From Nitrosopumilus sp. (GTDB taxonomy: Archaea; Thermoproteota; Nitrososphaeria; Nitrososphaerales; Nitrosopumilaceae): DNA of 64,000 nt. Below, piece by piece: positions 58,606 to 64,000 of this stretch. Both the position numbers and the translations under genes were made by a program. The notes under the pieces are model-generated. The model worked only from the letters and a program-made list of their open reading frames with translations. It did no database searches and had not been told where the DNA came from. How positions within the stretch are numbered: the first letter of the stretch is position 1; each line of letters opens with the position of its first letter. The stretch spans positions 704,001 to 768,000 of the forward strand of contig OY763927.2 in the NCBI GenBank assembly GCA_963667665.2, given 5' to 3'.

Positions 58606-59720
58606 AACTGTTTTAAGATTTTAAAGTGAGTATTCCTCTGAGCTGGAGTGCGCCCAATCTCTTTTACCATTGTCGCAAGTTCTTCAACAGATGATGCAGT
58701 TGGTTTTCCTGCAGCACGATAAATTTCTTCAGAAAATGCTGTTCCTACCAAGTCACTTCCACCATTAGATAGTGCAACTTGTGCAAATTTTTTGCCATAA
58801 GCCACCCAGTAAACTGAGATATTGTTTAACACATTTGCAAGCATTAGTCTAGATATTTCAATTATTTTTAAATCATATACAGATGAGCATTCATTGTTTA
58901 CCAAATGGTCTTGTTCAAGTTCAGTATTATCTAGACTAAACTTCAATGGAATTAATGTAAGGAATCCATGTGTCTTTTTTTGAAGTTCACGAATTTTTAT
59001 GAGATGATCAATTACATGTTCTGGTTTTTCTATATGGCCATAAAGCATTGTAACATTACTTTTAATTCCCATATTGTGTGCTTCTTCAATCACATCAAGC
59101 CATTCTTGTCCTGAACATTTTCCTCGAATTATCTTGTTTCTAATTTCTGGATGAAATAATTCTGCACCTCCACCTGGCATAGAGTCAAGTCCAGCATCTT
59201 TTAGACGAGACAAAATTTCTTTTGTAGAATTTTTAGTTAGTTTTGACAAATAAAATATCTCAGCTGCAGTCAATGCTTTGATGTTAAGTTCTGGATGGTT
59301 TTTTTTGATAATTTTCATCATATCCTCATAGTATTCTAGTGGAAGTTTTGGATGAAATCCACCAACAATATGAACTTCAGTTGCGCCCATCTGTTTTGCA
59401 ATTCCAACTCTTTGTTCTATTTCAGGCAGAGTTAGGGTGTATGCATCATCTGCACCATCTTTACGATAAAATGCACACATTTGGCAGCTAGCAGCACAGA
59501 CGTTAGTGTAATTCATGTAATACGATGCTGCAAAAGTTACAGTATCACCAACTAATTTCTTTCTTGTAGCATCTGCAACTGCACCAAGTAGATGGAGATT
59601 ATCATAATTCATCAGTTCTATTCCATCTTTGTAGGACAGTTCTTCTCCTGTAATTGCGCGATCTAAGGCTTGAGAATCTCCAACCAATTGCTCTAACATG
59701 TTATGTAATTTGTGTATCAT
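58602..59720 (-). CDS. mqnE: Radical SAM CofH/MqnC/MqnE-family protein, probably aminofutalosine synthase
   Basis: NYTNVCAASCQMCAF, EVHIVGG, MPGGGAE, TMLYGHIE; mqnD nearby. Confidence 0.8.
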   Translation of the reverse strand: MIHKLHNMLEQLVGDSQALDRAITGEELSYKDGIELMNYDNLHLLGAVADATRKKLVGDTVTFAASYYMNYTNVCAASCQMCAFYRKDGADDAYTLTLPEIEQRVGIAKQMGATEVHIVGGFHPKLPLEYYEDMMKIIKKNHPELNIKALTAAEIFYLSKLTKNSTKEILSRLKDAGLDSMPGGGAELFHPEIRNKIIRGKCSGQEWLDVIEEAHNMGIKSNVTMLYGHIEKPEHVIDHLIKIRELQKKTHGFLTLIPLKFSLDNTELEQDHLVNNECSSVYDLKIIEISRLMLANVLNNISVYWVAYGKKFAQVALSNGGSDLVGTAFSEEIYRAAGKPTASSVEELATMVKEIGRTPAQRNTHFKILKQF

Positions 59721-59773
59721 GATATATTCCTTATAGTCTCAAGAAATAAGTAACCAGTCATACTATTACTAAT

Positions 59774-59947
59774 ATGGTACTTCCTTTAGTTGATGAACAC
59801 AAGCCAAAATGCTATTTGTGTCATGAAGGTTTTGAGAATATAAAAAAACTCAGAGAGCATCAAAGTACAGAACATAAAGACTTTTTTGAATCAAATGAAA
59901 AACAGGATAAGAGAGAACCAGCACCTGGCGATGTTACAGTGTTTTGA
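59774..59947 (+). CDS. Small C2H2 zinc-finger protein (57 aa)
   Basis: Manual translation MVLPLVDEHKPKCYLCHEGFENIKKLREHQSTEH...PAPGDVTVF*. Confidence 0.75.
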   Translation: MVLPLVDEHKPKCYLCHEGFENIKKLREHQSTEHKDFFESNEKQDKREPAPGDVTVF

Positions 59948-60446
59948 TTTTATTTTCTTTAATTGATTTTAGCAATTCCTGAGCTGTTTTCTTTGAGATG
60001 CTTGCCAAATCATAGTGTTTATCAATGGATAATGCTTTTTTGAAATGTTTTATTGCATCTTGTAGTTTCCCCATTTCACCTAATGTAAGTCCCTTATATG
60101 CAAGTGCCATGGCACACTTTTTATCAATCCTCAAAGCCTCATCGTAACATCTTATTGCTTTTTGATATTTTTGATCTGAGTGAAATGCCGCACCTTTATT
60201 CAGTAACGCATCAAGATTGTCTGGAGAAATAGCAAGTGCCTTATCATATGTACGAATAGCAAGTTTTAATCGTCCCATATTTTGCAGAGTTGCTCCTTTA
60301 TCTACAAGCGCATTAATATTTTCAGGTTCTTTTTTGAGAATAGAATTATAGAGATTGAGGGCATCAGAATAATTTTTATCCTCTACATACTCATAGGCTT
60401 CTGCTAACATCATGTCTATTGTATTACTCATAATACCTGTTAACAT
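59934..60446 (-). CDS. TPR protein
   Basis: Repeated ALxxKG...A...Y/F..AL.. Confidence 0.9.
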   Translation of the reverse strand: MLTGIMSNTIDMMLAEAYEYVEDKNYSDALNLYNSILKKEPENINALVDKGATLQNMGRLKLAIRTYDKALAISPDNLDALLNKGAAFHSDQKYQKAIRCYDEALRIDKKCAMALAYKGLTLGEMGKLQDAIKHFKKALSIDKHYDLASISKKTAQELLKSIKENKIKTL

Positions 60447-60485
60447 TTTGTTAATAATATAGATTAACTATTTGTCAATATAAAA

Positions 60486-60713
60486 TCAAGATGCATCTTT
60501 ATCTCGAGGGTCAATTTTTAATGATTTGTTAAAGCACTCCATTGCTTCCTCGTATCGTCCCAAGCTTCGAAGTGCTGTTCCTTTGTAGTTCCAAAGATCA
60601 GGATCATTCTGATTCAAAAGAAGAGCTTGCTCAAAGAAACCAAGAGCATCATTAAATTTTCCATCTTCTAGAAACAAGTGCCCCTTTGTGACAAGATTTT
60701 TGATTTCATCCAT
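60486..60713 (-). CDS. TPR protein
   Basis: LWNYKGTALRSLGRYEEAMECFNKSLKIDP. Confidence 0.9.
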   Translation of the reverse strand: MDEIKNLVTKGHLFLEDGKFNDALGFFEQALLLNQNDPDLWNYKGTALRSLGRYEEAMECFNKSLKIDPRDKDAS

Positions 60714-60835
60714 AAATTACTAGATAGAGGATTAGTATTAAATCTGAAAAAGTAAGAGCAAAAAATACTCAAAAAACTGTACAGATTTACAACTATTCAT
60801 TGAAAATTTAAATAAATTTTTCAATATCATAGTGT

Positions 60836-61279
60836 ATGAAGTTAGATGAAACAGATGAAAGAATTCTCAAAAATTTAATGGTTGATGCTAGACTATCAGC
60901 TAGGCAGCTTGCATTAAAACTTGGAATGTCAACTGTCACAATACTATCTAGAATCAAAAAGTTAGAAAAAGCAAAGATCATTTGTGGATATACTGCAATT
61001 ATTGACCATGAAAAACTAGGATATTCACTCACTGCAATTATTGAAATAATTGCCAAAAATGATAAAATTGAAGAAATTGAAAATGAGATATCAAAATTTG
61101 AAAATGTGTGTGCAGTTTACGACATTACAGGTTCTACAGATACAATAATTATAGCAAAATTCAAGGAAAGAGATGAATTAAGCAAGTTTGTAAAGGGTCT
61201 GGCAGATATCCCAAACGTGGAAAATACAATCACACACGTAGTTCTAAATACTGAAAAAGAAGATTTTAGATTAACATAG
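60836..61279 (+). CDS. Lrp/AsnC-family regulator
   Basis: LDETDERIL...DARLS...RIKKLE; YDITGSTD. Confidence 0.95.
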   Translation: MKLDETDERILKNLMVDARLSARQLALKLGMSTVTILSRIKKLEKAKIICGYTAIIDHEKLGYSLTAIIEIIAKNDKIEEIENEISKFENVCAVYDITGSTDTIIIAKFKERDELSKFVKGLADIPNVENTITHVVLNTEKEDFRLT

Positions 61280-61289
61280 GTAAGAAAAA

Positions 61290-61844
61290 TTGAAACTATT
61301 CATTATTTTTATTATTTCAGCAATTATCTTTGGATCATTACAAACAACATATGCACAAACTGAGTCAATAATCATGGAGCTTGAAGTTTCTGATGAAGAA
61401 AAGATAATTCTCTTTGGAAGTTTTGCAATTGCAATAATTGCAATCTTTATGTTTTTAGCAAGAGACACAATACTTAGAAGAAAGACATCATATGACAAAG
61501 AGAATCTTGATTCAAAAAAAGACAAGACATATGAAAAATATCACTCTGATTGGGGAGATGATTATGAAGACATTGGAAGTAGAAGAAACACAAAACAAGA
61601 GAGAGAGTTTCGTGAAGCTGCAGTAAATGATGAACTCCCAAATTATTATGAAATTCTTGAAATTCCAAGAGATGCAACACAAGGAGAAATCAAAAAGAAG
61701 TTTAGAGAGCTTGCAAAAAAGACTCATCCGGATAAAACAAAAAAAGATTCTGAAGAAGCGATGGTAGAATTAAACAAAGCATATGAAGTGTTATCAGATG
61801 AGGTAAGTAGGAAAAAGTACGACAGATATCTGAAAGTGGACTAG
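61290..61844 (+). CDS. Membrane-anchored DnaJ-domain protein
   Basis: NYYEIL...HPDK...LNKAYEVLSD. Confidence 0.92.
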   Translation: MKLFIIFIISAIIFGSLQTTYAQTESIIMELEVSDEEKIILFGSFAIAIIAIFMFLARDTILRRKTSYDKENLDSKKDKTYEKYHSDWGDDYEDIGSRRNTKQEREFREAAVNDELPNYYEILEIPRDATQGEIKKKFRELAKKTHPDKTKKDSEEAMVELNKAYEVLSDEVSRKKYDRYLKVD

Positions 61845-62245
61845 ACAGATTCTAGTTTAACTATTATCATACTAAGTTCAATTGAGTCAGGAGTCTGTAT
61901 GCTGTTTGTAAGATTGGTAAAGACTTCAAGATTCATAGGTTTTCCATTAGATTCTATTTGAGTAGAGATTTTGAGTTCAGCAAATTCCGTGTTTGGCCCA
62001 AGCATCTTTTTAGTTAGTAATGGAACCACAGAAAGGCCTTCAATCACTCCTTTCATCTTATAAGCAAATTTTTCGGAAAAATATGCACCTCCACGAGTTG
62101 TTGGTTCATTAACAGGAATAGGAGAGTTTGTGATGGATACACAAGTGATTGGAAAAATATCATCATTTAGGTAAAGTTGGTACTGTGGAGAATTTTTTTC
62201 ATTAAATTCCATTAAAATTTTAAGCAAATCCAAGTTTACAGACAT
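61841..62245 (-). CDS. Hypothetical protein
   Basis: 134-aa ORF (PTTRGGAYFS). Confidence 0.7.
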   Translation of the reverse strand: MSVNLDLLKILMEFNEKNSPQYQLYLNDDIFPITCVSITNSPIPVNEPTTRGGAYFSEKFAYKMKGVIEGLSVVPLLTKKMLGPNTEFAELKISTQIESNGKPMNLEVFTNLTNSIQTPDSIELSMIIVKLESV

Positions 62246-62265
62246 CTAAAATTAGCCAAATCATA

Positions 62266-62312
62266 ATTCTATTGAGTGTTCCGTTAAAGAAAACAACATT
62301 CACAAACATTTT
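62266..62312. repeat. Dyad site copy 1: ATTCTAT-TGAGTGTT-N14-AACATTCA-CAAACATTTT
   Basis: Direct repeat of 62933-62979 with conserved arms and an unrelated spacer. Confidence 0.7.
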
Positions 62313-62473
62313 GTGGTAAATTTGATAAAAATTTTAGAATTGATAAAGAACTGAAAACTTTTTTGAAAGTTTTTGCATATCAGTTTAATCTCCTAAACTC
62401 TTCATTTTTTGTATTTTTTGTTTAACAGAATCTAAATTATTAATTCAGCTAAAACTATTCCTGCTAAACGAGA

Positions 62474-62755
62474 TTAATGCGGCACGTTAAATTCACATTC
62501 GGGTTTGAGTACATTAGAGGGATGAGAACAATCTGGCCCACCCTCACAAGTTCCAACAAAGTCACCATGATCTAAATGAGTAGGAATTGCATTTATTGAA
62601 ACGTTGATTGTCTTTTTTTCGTTGTGACAAATGTCTACTTTTTCACCTCCGCCTTTGCCGGCAAATGCATCAGGAACATCAAGTACAAATCCTAGAGTTC
62701 CTGACAACAAAATTACTGAAATCATAATCGCTGAAAGTGTTAATATTTTTTTCAT
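62474..62755 (-). CDS. Small secreted His/Cys protein
   Basis: Signal peptide ending in AFA; KVDICHN...THLDHGDFVGTC. Confidence 0.75.
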   Translation of the reverse strand: MKKILTLSAIMISVILLSGTLGFVLDVPDAFAGKGGGEKVDICHNEKKTINVSINAIPTHLDHGDFVGTCEGGPDCSHPSNVLKPECEFNVPH

Positions 62756-62932
62756 TATTTATGAAACAGTGATCTTGTAAGTAAATCTTTCATAACTAAT
62801 TTGAACAGTTGTTTAGTTATCTCATTGATTGGTGATGATATTCAGACCAGAGTTTAAAATTCTTATAGATGATCTTGAAATTTGAAAATGTTACAAATCA
62901 TCACTTACTCAAATCTCTCTGCAAAAAACTGG

Positions 62933-62979
62933 ATTCTATTGAGTGTTACTCAAAAATAATTAACACTCACAGACAATTT
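62933..62979. repeat. Dyad site copy 2: ATTCTAT-TGAGTGTT-N14-AACACTCA-CAGACAATTT
   Basis: See copy 1. Confidence 0.7.
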
Positions 62980-63510
62980 AGACATAAATTGAGAAAACAG
63001 TTTAAAAACTAGTTTATTCATCTTCTGATTCTTCATCACAATCAGGGTCAAGTATACCCAAATGATACAAAATGGAGTTTCTTTGTTTCATCTTCTTGTT
63101 ATTTTGTGAAATTTTCCGTTATTAAGATCAAGTGTGTGTAAAATGTTACACTACATTACTTTGTGTTGCTAGTGAAAATGCTTACAGTTCCCATTCTAAT
63201 CTAAGTAAATTGGCAAATACCCCATTTATTTTTGATAATTATTTCAGGTTTCATCTAATCACAGAATAAAAAAGAGGAAGAATTAATCCTCAAATTTTGC
63301 GAGTTCGTTCTTTAGTTGCTTGATTTGATATTCTACGACTCTTCTATGGACATTGTTTATGAAATTCATCTTTATGTTTTCTTAGAAAGACGGGAAAAGG
63401 AGACTAGAGAAGAAAAGTTGATCCTTTACTAAGTTCAAACTTCTCAAGGAAACGAGAAGGTGGATTTCTTATTGGTCTAGCTATTGTGATTAATTCTTTC
63501 AGGTTTCATC

Positions 63511-63744
63511 TTACCTTAACTCTGATTTCTTCTTATCTTGTCCTTCGATAACATTATGATGATTATCACAATAGATTGCAATGTTCTTGTAACTATTATT
63601 TTCAGAATTCCCATCTCTATGATGTAAGTTTAATTTTATACCATTTGCAGTTCTTCCACATTTTTCACATCTGGCTTTATTAACAGTAAATTGACCAAGA
63701 TATTTCAAAAGTTCAGTTTGACTGAAGTCTTTCCTATCACCCAT
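63511..63744 (-). CDS. Minimal HNH endonuclease
   Basis: CEKCG...LNLHHRDGNSENNSYKNIAIYCDNHH. Confidence 0.88.
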   Translation of the reverse strand: MGDRKDFSQTELLKYLGQFTVNKARCEKCGRTANGIKLNLHHRDGNSENNSYKNIAIYCDNHHNVIEGQDKKKSELR

Positions 63745-64000
63745 GCATTATTAGACTAAGACTAAGAATTAAGAATTTTAGGCAGTGATCCATGAAATGC
63801 TATTGAATCTTTCTAAGTAATACCTGCAAAAATCAAATAGATTTTCTAGTATGTTTAGGGCATCTTTAAAAACAATAATTATGATCGATTGTTATTGCAA
63901 CAGATTGCAAACCCACATCCAATGCGAAAAGAGATTCTCAATTTGATGGTGCTGTATAAATTACATAATGATTGTTACACTGAAATGCTAGATTATACAA

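Noticed and set aside
1-64000. tRNA, rRNA or integrase genes
   Set aside because: No GC-rich cloverleaf or rRNA-like stretch and no tyrosine/serine recombinase ORF was recognised by eye.

Overview
AT-rich chromosomal window from an ammonia-oxidising archaeon of the Nitrosopumilus type. This assignment is inferred from the SlaA-like, PEFG-CTERM and CFI-box-CTERM proteins, Alba, TFB, aEF-2 and the futalosine-pathway genes. Core blocks are purC, purF-purL-purQ-purS, tatC/tatA, ubiX, purP, CBS-TrkH, fusA, mqnD, tfb, alba and mqnE. They are interrupted by three accessory regions. (1) 3.4-17.7 kb holds a small ORF-HNH-GIY-YIG-DinG/XPD helicase operon lodged inside a broken secreted-protein gene, and a Panacea/YwgA-like antitoxin + PIN pair. 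It also holds a 7.2-kb composite transposon made of two inverted, inactivated IS5-family copies with an 8-bp TSD, carrying a chimeric S-layer gene with 38 perfect TPES repeats. (2) 38.4-51.6 kb, beside the 3' end of fusA, holds stacked IS5 elements and two large orphan solute-binding proteins, one with three PBP domains and two inserted Cache domains. It also holds a transposase-less TIR/TSD-bounded cassette of decayed restriction/TA genes inserted at the fusA stop codon. (3) 62-64 kb holds short repeat-flanked modules and an HNH gene. Two intergenic ncRNA candidates were found: a C/D-box sRNA at 28022-28088 and a structured element at 26905-27005. No rRNA, tRNA or CRISPR array was seen. Family assignments come from motif recognition by eye, not from database searches.
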